A DNA stretch of 64,000 nt from an uncultured Nitrososphaeraceae archaeon (GTDB lineage: Archaea; Thermoproteota; Nitrososphaeria; Nitrososphaerales; Nitrososphaeraceae): NCBI GenBank assembly GCA_963779615.1, contig CAVZZA010000005.1, positions 320,001 to 384,000 on the forward strand, read 5' to 3'. Shown one piece after another: positions 1-11,152 of this stretch (its first letter is position 1; the number at the start of each line of letters is the position of its first letter). The position numbers were made by a program, and so were the translations under genes. Under the pieces are notes generated by a model. The model saw only the letters and a program-made list of their open reading frames with translations, was not told where the DNA came from and did no database searches.

Positions 1-436
1 TTTGAAATACTATGAAAAAATAAAAAGATCAATATTCGTATTTTCTGAAATTTGATTTTATAAAAATTATTATCGTTTAATTTTGGGATATAATTACAAA
101 TAATATGCTGGTATTCGTCAAAATTTTTGACTATGGTTATAGCTAGCCCTGCTTTAGGGACATTGTTTCTCAATGCCATTACGTCTTTAAAATAAATTAA
201 TTTTTTTTTATTGTCAAAATCCCTTAATAAAAAAAATCTTGTCGAAATTCCATCATTTTCTAAAAACCTGGAGCAAGGTTTAGGGGATAAAACTACACTG
301 GAAATAATATCATTTATTAAAACATTCATTTTAAATCAACTACTTTATAGTTATATTATAAACCTTTAAATCAAACAATAAAAAAAAACCGTTATATTTC
401 ATTAATTTTTAGTATATTTATTTGAGATCAGAGACA

Positions 437-553
437 ATGTCTATCTGCGACTGCCAATGCCATAAAAAATATGGGGATAAATCAATGTGTCAAAAATGTA
501 TTGAAAGGCATAAAGCTTCTCCCTATTACAACATTATGAAGAAATACAAATAA
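437..553 (+). CDS. putative Cys/His-rich micro-protein (38 aa, possible zinc finger)
   Basis: Hand-translated ATG..TAA: MSICDCQCHKKYGDKSMCQKCIERHKASPYYNIMKKYK, with CxCxCH and CxxCxxxH motifs; below the ORF-track cutoff. Confidence 0.55.
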   Translation: MSICDCQCHKKYGDKSMCQKCIERHKASPYYNIMKKYK

Positions 554-669
554 TTACATTAAAAATGAAAATATATCTAGATAAATGATAAAACAAAAAA
601 TAAATTCTGTAAAAGCATTCTTATATAGAACAAAATATTTAACTGACTTGGCTTAAAACACAGAGTATC

Positions 670-1515
670 ATGGTAGTTGACAATAAGGCAACGGTGTCGT
701 ATATCAGCGTTTTAAAGGAGGATCTTGCAATTTATCGTATAAAACCAAGTGAGGGTCAAGTCCCCGATTTTAAACCGGGACAATTTGTGACACTTGGAGT
801 AAATGTTCCAAGTGAAAAGAAAGTAATCAGAAGAGCATATTCTATTGCATCTCCACCTCAACAAAAAAAATATTTTGAATTAATTATAAGGTGGGTAAAA
901 AAACCGGTCCCAGGTAGACTCACCACACAAATATTTGATAAAAAAGAAGGAAATGAGATATTTTGGGTCAAACCTACTGGAATTTTTACAATTAATGAAA
1001 AAATGGCTACCGGCGTACCAGATAATAGAAGATTAGTATTGATTGGTGGAGGGACTGGCCTTGCTCCTTTTATTTCATATTCATTGTATTTAAAAGCGAT
1101 TGGAAGCAAACGAGAAATCATAGTTTTACACGGGGCTAGCTATGTTGATGAACTAAGTTATAGAGATTTGTTAACAGAATTAGAGAATGAAAGTATCGAT
1201 AAAGGAAAAGATAACTGGAACTTTCGTTATCGAGCAAGTATAAGTAGGCCTCAAGAATGGTTCAACAGGTCATGGAGTGGACAAAAAGGAAGAGTCGAAA
1301 CATTTCTTAGACCTAATAAGCCAGGTAAAGACAAATCAGTTTTAGAAGAAGTGGTTGGAGAAACAATAACTCCAGAAAATACATCATTTTATGTATGTGG
1401 ATGGCAAGGAACAGTTGATGGTGTTCTAGACACTTTGGTACCTAAAGGATTTGTTACCGAACGGAATAAAAGAAAAGATGGAACATTTGACGTTAAATTT
1501 GAATCGTATGGATAA
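670..1515 (+). CDS. ferredoxin--NADP(+) reductase family FAD-binding oxidoreductase
   Basis: FKPGQF, RAYSIAS (FAD), GGGTGLAPF (NADP), YVCGW and C-terminal FESYG motifs. Confidence 0.9.
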   Translation: MVVDNKATVSYISVLKEDLAIYRIKPSEGQVPDFKPGQFVTLGVNVPSEKKVIRRAYSIASPPQQKKYFELIIRWVKKPVPGRLTTQIFDKKEGNEIFWVKPTGIFTINEKMATGVPDNRRLVLIGGGTGLAPFISYSLYLKAIGSKREIIVLHGASYVDELSYRDLLTELENESIDKGKDNWNFRYRASISRPQEWFNRSWSGQKGRVETFLRPNKPGKDKSVLEEVVGETITPENTSFYVCGWQGTVDGVLDTLVPKGFVTERNKRKDGTFDVKFESYG

Positions 1516-1578
1516 TTCTCTTTTATTTTTTATTTTTATTATAAAGTTTATTTATCCTAATTATAGTGTATAATTTAA

Positions 1579-1920
1579 ATGAAATTTGAATATGAAGAAT
1601 TTGAAACTATAGAAGACGTTTTAATTTATTTGGTTTCTGTTGCGCCATATATGAAACAAATACTCCCAATAAGTTCATACAAAGAGCATGTCTTTTCCAT
1701 GGTGCCAATTACACCCCTTTCAGGAGACGTATTATTAATGATTTACACAAAGGGCAATCTAGATCGTGGCATGTATGAATTTGACATATCTACAAAAAAA
1801 CACAAGTTAGTAGCAGCAATGGAAAGAGCAGACAAAAACTATTTCATAGTAATAACCCCCAAAAAGGACACACTAGCAGATGCAGCTTTAAATGAATTAA
1901 CTAAGCTGCAGCAGCAGTAG
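1579..1920 (+). CDS. hypothetical protein (113 aa)
   Basis: Clean ORF with coding-like composition, downstream of FNR. Confidence 0.7.
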   Translation: MKFEYEEFETIEDVLIYLVSVAPYMKQILPISSYKEHVFSMVPITPLSGDVLLMIYTKGNLDRGMYEFDISTKKHKLVAAMERADKNYFIVITPKKDTLADAALNELTKLQQQ

Positions 1921-2026
1921 TAACAACAATAAAAAAGCAATCTATACCCACCCTTATTTTAGGATACTAATTTTATTATTAAAAATTGAAGAATGAGGTT
2001 AGAAATTTATGAGGAACAACAAATTG

Positions 2027-3670
2027 TCATAGCTTGGGTGGCAGCGGTGCTGTAACAGAGCGATTTTTTACGTATTTTGCTACGACATCTTCTGCAAGTT
2101 TGCCGTCAAAAAGACCTTTAGACAAACCCCTTAAATATTTCATAATGGCCCATGTGCCTGCTTTTATCAACATAGCCATAAATATTTTCATCGCAGGTCC
2201 ATATGATTTATTTCTAATAATTATCGGAATTATATTATCAATGACTTTGAGATTATGTTGCCAACATGTCCAGAAAAGTGCAAATTGTGATTCATTAAGA
2301 TTTCCAAAATGCATCGAATTTTTCTCTGAGAAATCCTGATATAACAAGGGTGCCACCAGTCCCCTCATATTCATTTGTTTAAAATCTTGTATCAAATCAA
2401 TAGTATATTGTGTTTCATCAGGGGTTTCATCAGGCCATCCAATAATCAATGTCAGTGCAGGAAACCAATGGTTGTTGTTTAGTATTTTACAACCCTCTCT
2501 TACAACTGAGCCCCATTCTTCAGGTTGAAATGGTTTTGTTTTAACACCCAGGTGTTTTTTTACCATTCTTGGCGCAACAGTTTCTACGCCCAAATTAGTT
2601 GCAAGCCATCGGCCATTATTCTCCATATCATTAACCAAGGATATTTTTTTAATTAAATCAGGAGATGAAGCAACAGCTGATAAGGTCATATGAGTCGTGC
2701 CAATAAAATTGGCGCCAATAGACTTTAACCCTTTCCAAACATCTAGTATTGCGTCCTGATTTGGAATAAAATCTTTATTATCGCATCCATACAACAGCAT
2801 CTCATCAGATTGAAGCCAAATAGAATCAAATCCATATTTAATATTTATTTTAGCTTCTTCTTGGAGCCGCGGCAAAGGAATGTCCTTTTTAGAACGTTTA
2901 TTTACATCACAAAAGTCACACCCCCTTCCACAGCCACGCATAGCTTCAATTAAAGAATTTATTGTTGGGCCTTGTATCGTGGGTATGTTTTCAATGTTTC
3001 TAACAAAAGTATGCAACAGTTCAGGGGCATCACCCGCTTCTAAATCATGGAAAAGGTCAAGTGCGAGTTCATCAGCTTCTCCAATAACAACTGTATCAAT
3101 TCCATGAATTTTCATTCTTTCAGGCTTTGCCAATTCCCAAGAACCATTACCTCCAACTACGACCTTAAAATCATATTTTTTCTTTAACTGTATGATGGAA
3201 GCACACATTTTTTTAAATTTCATTGCCACATAAGACAATTTTTCAGGAGACATTGTGGTAGTAACAGGAGCCATACCTAATGGATCCATAACGTTAATAC
3301 CCACTACTTTTGTATCAGGACCTATACATTTATCCAACATTTCAGGATGAGCAAGAAAAATATCATTTCGTGGATATTCCTGAAGCAGGGCGCTTTCAAT
3401 TCTTCGAAGTCCACATTGAGCAACTTTTATCTCTCCTGTATCTTTCTTAGTCTCTACACTAGGACAAAAAAGTTTATCAAAAACAAATTCCGGAACAAGT
3501 TCATAAGGACCGCATGCAATAAAGCCATAAAGGAAATTTCCTCTGTAATTTGTCATTAAACTACGATCAGCAGTTAAAACAATTCTTTTGCCCGATACCA
3601 ATTTTAATCTATATCCTATAATAACTATTATTAGAGAGTATAAAATTATTTTCATAGGGTTTAGGTTCAA
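2027..3670 (-). CDS. B12-binding domain radical SAM protein (true start probably TTG at ~3601)
   Basis: CxxxCxxC (RGCGRGCDFC); VVVGGNG and VIGEAD cobalamin-binding-domain motifs. Confidence 0.88.
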   Translation of the reverse strand: MNLNPMKIILYSLIIVIIGYRLKLVSGKRIVLTADRSLMTNYRGNFLYGFIACGPYELVPEFVFDKLFCPSVETKKDTGEIKVAQCGLRRIESALLQEYPRNDIFLAHPEMLDKCIGPDTKVVGINVMDPLGMAPVTTTMSPEKLSYVAMKFKKMCASIIQLKKKYDFKVVVGGNGSWELAKPERMKIHGIDTVVIGEADELALDLFHDLEAGDAPELLHTFVRNIENIPTIQGPTINSLIEAMRGCGRGCDFCDVNKRSKKDIPLPRLQEEAKINIKYGFDSIWLQSDEMLLYGCDNKDFIPNQDAILDVWKGLKSIGANFIGTTHMTLSAVASSPDLIKKISLVNDMENNGRWLATNLGVETVAPRMVKKHLGVKTKPFQPEEWGSVVREGCKILNNNHWFPALTLIIGWPDETPDETQYTIDLIQDFKQMNMRGLVAPLLYQDFSEKNSMHFGNLNESQFALFWTCWQHNLKVIDNIIPIIIRNKSYGPAMKIFMAMLIKAGTWAIMKYLRGLSKGLFDGKLAEDVVAKYVKNRSVTAPLPPKL

Positions 3671-4300
3671 TTAACAATTAAAACTTCTTTTCCTTTTGGA
3701 TATTATCCTTCTTAATTTAAGACCTAAAAAAATATAATTGGAGCATAACCAAAATATTCTCCAGGAAGGAGCTTCGCTTTTTTAAGGTTCATGAAATAGG
3801 GCATATCTTTAACCCATGTACTACTTCTTAAGTGAACTGATAATTAGATTTAATGTATTGTCCGGTAAAACAGACATATAGTATGATGTTTGCTTTATCA
3901 CACAAAAACAATATGTTTTATGTTGCTTTCCACTCAAAAAGATAACAACACATGCAAATTTTTTAATGCCAATCAGCATCCATGTTTTTAGGGCTAGTTC
4001 ATTAAGCCAGTCATTCAAAAACAGGAAAAGCAAAACAACTGGGCTGTTTTGTTAAATTATTATTATCAATCAATACAAAATCACCATATTTTGTTTGAAA
4101 CCATCAAGGGCATTTAATGAAGGTATTTTCTCAGGGGAACAAAACCAAGAAAATTTTTGATAGTTTTTTCTTATTAAAAATATGACCATGATAATAGATC
4201 TCTTGCATAATTAGGCATACAAACACCTTTCCATATGTCATGTGCGTTTGCCATCTGATAATTTGGTTCATTATCCTATAGTTAGCCAGACCTGATACTA

Positions 4301-5415
4301 TACCAAATAGCATAATTAAACAAACAATTATTTTTGATATGTTTATAGCTAGGCAGATTACATTAACATCCTGTATAGCCCTTGTCACTTACCAAAACAT
4401 CGTTTGAAAAGATCTATAGGGATGAAGAGGATGCAAAGACAAAGGAAAGGGTGCTGCTTGTTCTTAATGTAGTTTATCAAGGCAAGATATCTGCTCATGT
4501 GGCCACAGATCTGCATAGAAATAGAGCATGGGCTTGTGTTTGGTTAAAAAGATACGAGAAAGAAGGTTTAGAGGGATTAAAGAATAAGCCAAGAACAGGC
4601 AGACCATCGGAGTTATCGGAAGAAAATGCCTGCAGCATAAAAACGACGCTAAAAGAAAGCAATCATGGTTGGGCCACAAAACAAGTAGAAGAGTTAATCA
4701 TAAAGAAAAGCGGCATAAAATATCATTATACTCACATATACCGCATACTTCGCAAGTGGGGTTTCAAACAAAAGGTACAAGAAAAATGCATGTTAATACA
4801 GCATCCAAAGAGGAGAAAGAGGCTTTCAAAAAAAGACCGAACAGATATTTGTGGATAAGCAGCAAGAGCAAAAGCAGCAGCAGGAAAGTTTCACCATAAT
4901 ATCTACGGACGAATCATTCTTTTTTCATGATTCTCTTATTAGAAGGGTTTGGACAGATGAAAGCAAAAGACCCATAGCAAGAGTAACAGGCTCGCACAAG
5001 CACTCATGCATTTTTGGGGCCATAAGCATGGAAGGAAATCATCTATTCAGACAGCATGACAAATTCAATGGTGATACATTTCTTGACTATCTAAAGAAAA
5101 TACATGCCAAATTTCCAAAATGCTATCTGTTCATGGACAAGGCATCACCTCATTACAGATCAAATAAGGTGTTAAAGTATTTTGAAGAAAATAGAGATAC
5201 CCTAATCCCTGTCTATCTTCCTACTGCATCACCAGAGTTTATGGTTATGGAACATGTATGGAACATGGCCAAACGAGACCTGCTTGTCCTAAAATACTAT
5301 CCATCGTTTGCAGATTTTAAAAACAGGATATCTAGATATTTCAGAACAAAAAGGTTTAATCTTAATACGAGGAACTATCTATTAAGAGACGTTTGGTAAC
5401 TTATGCTAAATGGTA
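4301..5415 (+). mobile_element. IS630-family insertion sequence
   Basis: TIRs TACCAAATAGCATAA and TTATGCTAAATGGTA, flanked by TA on both sides (4299-4300, 5416-5417); HTH ORF plus DDE ORF. Confidence 0.88.
4382..5399 (+). pseudogene. IS630 transposase split over frames (HTH part 4382-4858, DDE part 4851-5399)
   Basis: KPRTGRP HTH, TDES, MDKASPH, YLPTASPE; A7 run at ~4827 typical of a programmed frameshift, plus an apparent extra 1-nt deletion near 4777. Confidence 0.8.
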
Positions 5416-5429
5416 TATATCCGATTTGA

Positions 5430-6028
5430 GTCGCTGGTTAAAGTGTTTACCAATACCTCAAAACATGCACAGAACAACAAAAAGGCTGCGCACACCGGAA
5501 GAGGTTGAAAAAATGTTTCAGGCTTTCTGTCCTTCATAAACTGCACAGAACAGCAGATACCAAGGCCTAAGAAAAAAAAGAAGAAATATGCATTATTCTG
5601 GAAAGAAGGAAAGGCATGCCGTAAAGACAGCTCATGATTAACAACCAGTGCGTCATCATCTATACAGAAAACAAGAAAGGAAAAAGGCATGGCTATGACA
5701 TCTATAAAAAGAATCATCCCACAACCCCAAAAGAAGTGATAAATGTGTTTGACCTTGGGTATCTTGGGGTTGAGGAAGACTTTTCTGACCAAAAGTCGCC
5801 CATACCGAACAGAAAGAAGAGAAGCCAAAAAGATTTGGCTAAAGGGGAAAAAGAGTGCAACCAGAACCACTCTAGAAAGAGAATGGCGATAGAGCACACC
5901 ATTTGCATGATGAAAAAGTACAGGATAATTATCGAGAAAGTCTTCAGAAACAGGTTGAGAAAGTACAACTGGGTATAGGATATAGTACCTGGACTGGTAT
6001 ACTACAGAATATTGGCATCATCTTTTTA
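5430..6028 (+). pseudogene. IS5-family transposase C-terminal remnant
   Basis: ORF 5634-5978 (HGYDIYKKNHP...DLGYLG...IEHTI) plus frameshifted upstream pieces. Confidence 0.75.
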
Positions 6029-6232
6029 GAAGAATTCAGTCATAGCCATACTGAATAGAGCATACTGTTTCCAGTTATGCAAGAGATCTAATGAATACTG
6101 TACTTCTTTCTTTTTCCCATTTATCCATACTTTTAGAATACACGATATGAAATTATTGTAAAATATCTTTTTTACACAAGAATTTTACAAATAGTTTTAA
6201 GGATCTAATTTTTCATAATAAAATGATTACTA

Positions 6233-7693
6233 ATGAGTGCTTATGATGATATAGTTCAACTTGCCTTAGAAAGAGGATTCTATTTTCCAAGCTGTGAACT
6301 TTATTCTGATTCTAGTGCCGGATTTTGGGAATATGGGCCTAACGGCGTTAAAATTAAAAATAAATTCCTTGATCTGTGGAGAAGAGAATTGGTAAGAAGG
6401 GATGGTATGTTGGAAATAGACGGCACTCAAATAATGAGTAAAAATGTTTTTTTAGCATCAGGACACCTTAAAAATTTTTCTGATCCTGTGTTAAAATGTA
6501 GAAAATGCAACAGCTCATTCAGGGCAGACAAATTGATACAGGACGAAGTTAAAATGGAGGTGTCAGAAAGGCTGCAAAATGAAAAGGTAGATCTAATTAT
6601 TAAAGAAAATAATATAAAATGTCCCAATTGCAATGGGGACTTTTATACATCAGAAAGATTCAATATGATGTTCAAAGTAGAAATTGGACCTAATCATGAC
6701 GAGGCATATTTAAGACCCGAAACCTGTCAATCGATTTTTGTTGATTTTCCAAGAATATTCAAAATTAGTCGTGGAAAGTTGCCACTAGGAATAGCACAAA
6801 TAGGTAAAAGTTTTAGAAACGAAATTTCTCCACGACAAGGTTTATTACGACTTAGAGAATTTTATCAAGCTGAAATTGAGATTTTTTGTAATCCCCAAAA
6901 ACTGGATGATTTGCAAAAATTTGAAAATCTGAAAGATACTATTTTACGAATATATGACAAACAAATGATGGAGATTACGGCTATTGAAGCATTAGAAAAA
7001 AAAATTCTCCCGAATAAACTTGTGGCATATTACCTATCCTTATTGGTGAATTTTTTTGATAAAACAGGCATTTCGAATAAAAGAACGAGACTTAGACGAC
7101 TGTCAGATGAAGAAAAGGCATTTTATTCCAGTGTTGCTTTTGATTTTGAAGTAGATACTTCCTTTGGTTGGTTGGAGCTTGTGGCATGTAATTATCGTTC
7201 AGATTATGACTTGCTATCCCATTCGATAACAAGTAAAACAAACCTCCATGTAATGGATGATGAAACAAAAGTTTTACCACATGTATTTGAGTTATCTTTA
7301 GGAGTGGATAGATGCATATATTCAATTTTGGAACACTCGTATTTTATAGACAAAGAAAAAGATGATCGGGTGTTACTCAAGTTAAAACCATATTTATCCC
7401 CCATTCTGGCCGGTATTTTGCCTCTTTTAAAAAAGGATGAATTTAAAAATAAATCTCAATTGTTGTTATCTTCAATAAATAAGGATTTTGATGTTTTCTA
7501 TGACGAATCCGGTTCCATAGGCAGACGCTATCGTCGATTAGAAGAAATAGGAACACCATTTGCATTTACTATCGATCATCAAACAATAGAAGACAATACT
7601 GTTACAATCCGATACAGAGATTCAATGAACCAAGAAAGAATTAAAATTTCTGACGTCCATTCTTTTCTAACCAAAAGTCTTTATATCGACTAA
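6233..7693 (+). CDS. glyS: glycine--tRNA ligase (archaeal/eukaryotic alpha2 type)
   Basis: YLRPETCQ, GKSFRNEISPRQGLLRLREF, C-terminal anticodon domain GSIGRRYRR. Confidence 0.96.
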   Translation: MSAYDDIVQLALERGFYFPSCELYSDSSAGFWEYGPNGVKIKNKFLDLWRRELVRRDGMLEIDGTQIMSKNVFLASGHLKNFSDPVLKCRKCNSSFRADKLIQDEVKMEVSERLQNEKVDLIIKENNIKCPNCNGDFYTSERFNMMFKVEIGPNHDEAYLRPETCQSIFVDFPRIFKISRGKLPLGIAQIGKSFRNEISPRQGLLRLREFYQAEIEIFCNPQKLDDLQKFENLKDTILRIYDKQMMEITAIEALEKKILPNKLVAYYLSLLVNFFDKTGISNKRTRLRRLSDEEKAFYSSVAFDFEVDTSFGWLELVACNYRSDYDLLSHSITSKTNLHVMDDETKVLPHVFELSLGVDRCIYSILEHSYFIDKEKDDRVLLKLKPYLSPILAGILPLLKKDEFKNKSQLLLSSINKDFDVFYDESGSIGRRYRRLEEIGTPFAFTIDHQTIEDNTVTIRYRDSMNQERIKISDVHSFLTKSLYID

Positions 7694-7712
7694 CAAGTCC
7701 TAGTCAAAAAGG

Positions 7713-8018
7713 TTACCAATAGGCGCTTTCACTTCCATAATTTTTCATCTTATCCTCATCCAAATCCATATTCTGTTGCCTTTTTTTTAATGAATTTATG
7801 TAATTATTTATATTTTCTTCATCCCTAAATACACCTTCTTTTGCAATTACTGAAGGAGCTTTTGTAGTAGGCAATTCACCACAACAGCTTTCTTCAAATT
7901 TTTTTACATGGTATTCTACAAAGTCGACTTTATTTTCGTTTAATATTTTTTTAATTCTTTGGGAATTAAAAGAATCATCCACTATCAATATCGGTTTCCT
8001 TTTTATCATATCCCACAT
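7713..8018 (-). CDS. small glutaredoxin/thioredoxin-like hypothetical protein
   Basis: Grx-like pattern (IKKILNENKVDF...CCGE...APSV); no canonical CxxC. Confidence 0.55.
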   Translation of the reverse strand: MWDMIKRKPILIVDDSFNSQRIKKILNENKVDFVEYHVKKFEESCCGELPTTKAPSVIAKEGVFRDEENINNYINSLKKRQQNMDLDEDKMKNYGSESAYW

Positions 8019-8110
8019 TAATCTAGATTGAATCCATTATAAACATAATTTTATGGATTGTTTAAAAGAAAACTAAAAATAATTTTAATTATAAAAATAA
8101 TCAAAAACTA

Positions 8111-8709
8111 TTGAAAACTCTCCTAATAAACAATTTTTCTCCCTATATTAACAACATAATAAAAGTATTAAAAGACCTTGACCATGATTTTACATGCCAT
8201 GATTGTAATTACCTGTCATCTTTTGAACAAGGTTACCTCGATTTATTGCAAAAATATGATAACATAATTTTATCAGGAAGACAGCAAAATTCTACACTCA
8301 TCAATAGAGTAAATTCGGGTATTGTTAAAGGGTGCATATATCTATGACAAACCTCTACTAGGAATTTGCTATGGTGGGCAAATACTTGCTCTAACTTTGG
8401 GTTGCACTTTAAAGAAAATGGAGAAAGTACATGACATTGTACAGATTGATATATCTGAAATCCACTACATTGTTACCCAATTATAAAGCGGTAAACATGT
8501 TTGAGAGTCATAATTTTTGCATATCTCAAATTATCCGAAAAATCTTACATTATTGGGTAGTTCCAAAGCATGTGACAATGAATTTTTTTGCCATAACAAA
8601 AAGCCTTTATTTGGGACACAGTTTCATCCAGAGAAAAGTGGGAAGCAACGGTAAGGTTTATAATAGAAAATTTTTTAAAATTGTAATCAAAAATAAATAC
8701 AGGGTTTGA
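8111..8709 (+). pseudogene. class I glutamine amidotransferase (GMP synthase subunit A-like), frameshifted
   Basis: IILSG, LGICYGGQIL nucleophile elbow, ESHN and GTQFHPEK lie in different frames. Confidence 0.75.
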
Positions 8710-8909
8710 TTATACTTTTGTTTAGTTTTAAATTAATTGTTTTGTATTATTTACAGGGAATTTAGATTTAGAAATCAAATAACCCAAAAATTAATCAAAA
8801 CCTTTCAAAACGATTGACTCTACATCCATATATGATTTTACACTTGCCCATATAATATATTTATTTTCTAACATTATGATTTTTATTTAATTATGTTTTT
8901 TGTAGAATT

Positions 8910-9897
8910 ATGCAAAGAGATAAAAATGACATCCTGGTCGAATAATATTACCTTTAGTAGATAAGCAAGAAGAAAATGTGGTTTTTCCTCTCGTAGTAAA
9001 TGTAATTTCCAGATTCTGGGGAGAAGAAATCCCTACAAATGAAATTAACAAAAGATCTGCGGACTATGAAAATTTTAAAGGTACTATTTTTATTGAGGGT
9101 CTAGAGATAATTGAAAAAAAATTAGGCCTTTCATCCATTGTTTATCGCGGATCTCTTGCAGACCTAAAAAAAAGAGTTACTCAGGGTTTTCCTGTTATTG
9201 TTGTACTACCTGGCATTGGAGAAACAGTTCAATTTGCAACTATCGTGTGCGGTTATGATGTTAATGAAAATAGGATCTTGACCTATATACCAGAACCTGA
9301 TTCATATGGTGCAATTCCAGAAGATAAATTTGAAGAGGAATGGTCCCAGGATGATTATTTTTCGATTTTGATATTTCCAAAAGACATGGCCGATATATTT
9401 AAAAAAGATGAATTTGGATTTGAAAAATCAAATAGGATTTACCTTGAAACCGAAAGATTAAAAATTAAAGGAAAACTGCAAGAATCAATAGACATTATTG
9501 AATCAATCTATTAATAACTAGTTCATCTAACTAAGGGCAAAACCGAAAATCCCCAAATCTATGCTTGCTTGCGGGAATTCTAAATGAACTAAATGATGAA
9601 AAATGCATACATCTGTATAAGCGAGTACCAAAATAAATCCAAAGTTTTATTTGGCTTATAAAGGGTTGGGGAAACTTTTATCTTAAAAATAAAAATTATC
9701 AATTGGCAAAAGAGCATTATACCAAAGCAATAGAAATAAATCCAATACGATTTGGTCCAATATATAAAAATCTTGGAATTGTTCTTATTGAATCTTGGCA
9801 ATGAGCGGATCTGCAAGAATTGCATTTAGAGACATATTTAAAACATGTTCCAGATGCAGCAGACAAGGAAAACATATTGCAATTTCTTAATTCCTAA
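8910..9897 (+). pseudogene. peptidase C39-like plus TPR-repeat protein, frameshifted
   Basis: ORF 8978-9514 has C39-like PVIV...TIVCGYD; downstream fragments (LAYKGLG, KAIEINP, YKNLGIV) are TPR-like in shifting frames. Confidence 0.65.
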
Positions 9898-10359
9898 CCT
9901 TGATTTGATTTTTATTTACTAATACCTTTTATTTTGGGGAATTGGAAATGAATGATAAAAACAAGGTTCATAGTAATCGAACCCATAATCAAATCAGATG
10001 CGTTTTTAAGTCATTTGAAACAAATTAATAAATGATACTATTGCATGAAAATAGAATATCGTTGTATCAATAAAAAAAGATGGATTTTACTTACATTGTA
10101 GAAATAGAAAACACAAAGAGAAATGGTATTTGCAATGGATCTTCTGGGCAAATTTCTGGAATATCCTGTATTTTTATAGCTAAATGCCTTGATAATCGAC
10201 TTTGACACTTTATCACAATCAGTTATCCAAATTGGAAAAAAGTTTTATTGCCGGATGAAAAATTTTCCGTTCAATAAGAACTGCTAATGCGGAAAATGGC
10301 CTATGCAAGATAATGATGATTTTTTATTTTAAAAAAAGGACTTGAGTTTTTTATAATAA

Positions 10360-10880
10360 GTGAGATATCCAGTTTATCTCTGGCATAAGACATGTTACAA
10401 ATGAATATGAAGCGGACAAAATATTATTTGTGTTAATTGGCAGCGATTTTGCATATGTCAGTATTGTCACTGATAAAGAAATAAAGAGATCATTCCCTTT
10501 AAATTTTTAAAGGAGACAGTCATTTGCCCAATTTATAACGATTATTCTTTTTTATCATTAATTTCGATTTTGAATAATGGGTTTTTCCCAATTCCGTTTA
10601 TTTTTTACAACGGTGAAAGTAATCTGAGACAAATTATTGAAGACATTTGAAAAAATTATCAAAAGATACCCAATCAAGAACATTATTATTAATTTGATTC
10701 ATCTCACTGACCTCAATCCCACTAAACACTTGATAAATTAGACAATGAGCTTTGGACTAAATTCCAAGAAAGATAACAAAAGAATATGATGAAGAAATTG
10801 ATATTTGATGAAATTATTGTAAAAATTTTGTTGCAGGTGAAAGTTGATACAATTTTATTTGCCTCCCCTTTTTACCTTTT
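10360..10880 (+). pseudogene. fragmented hypothetical gene
   Basis: Coding-like fragments (NEYEADKILFVLIGSDFAYVS; DNELWTKFQER) broken by indels; boundaries approximate. Confidence 0.3.
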
Positions 10881-11152
10881 TTGCATCCTTTTTGGTTCTT
10901 TAAAAAAAATATTCTGATGTCTTTTGAGTCGGGAAAAATTCCGTTGACTCCATTTCTTTTTAATTATGAAATTAAAAGATAATCTAAATGATTTTTATAA
11001 TGGTTCAGTGACAACATGCCAGTGATGAAAACCCATAGGGCTTTTATCCTTTGTATTTAGATGTAACACCGGATGATTTCGAACTTGTTTTAAAAAAATC
11101 AAAACCAATAGGGTGAAAGATGATTCATCGAAGGAAACCAGAACAATTCAGT

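Larger units (their letters stand above)
4196..6089 (+). mobile_element. IS5-family (ISL2/DDE_Tnp_4-like) element, internally deleted and interrupted by an IS630
   Basis: Terminal inverted repeats AGATCTCTTGCATAA (4196) and TTATGCAAGAGATCT (ending 6089); 3-bp AAT duplication at 4193-4195 and 6090-6092; transposase fragments CTEQQIPRP, YSGKK, DLGYLG, RMAIEHTI. Confidence 0.75.
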
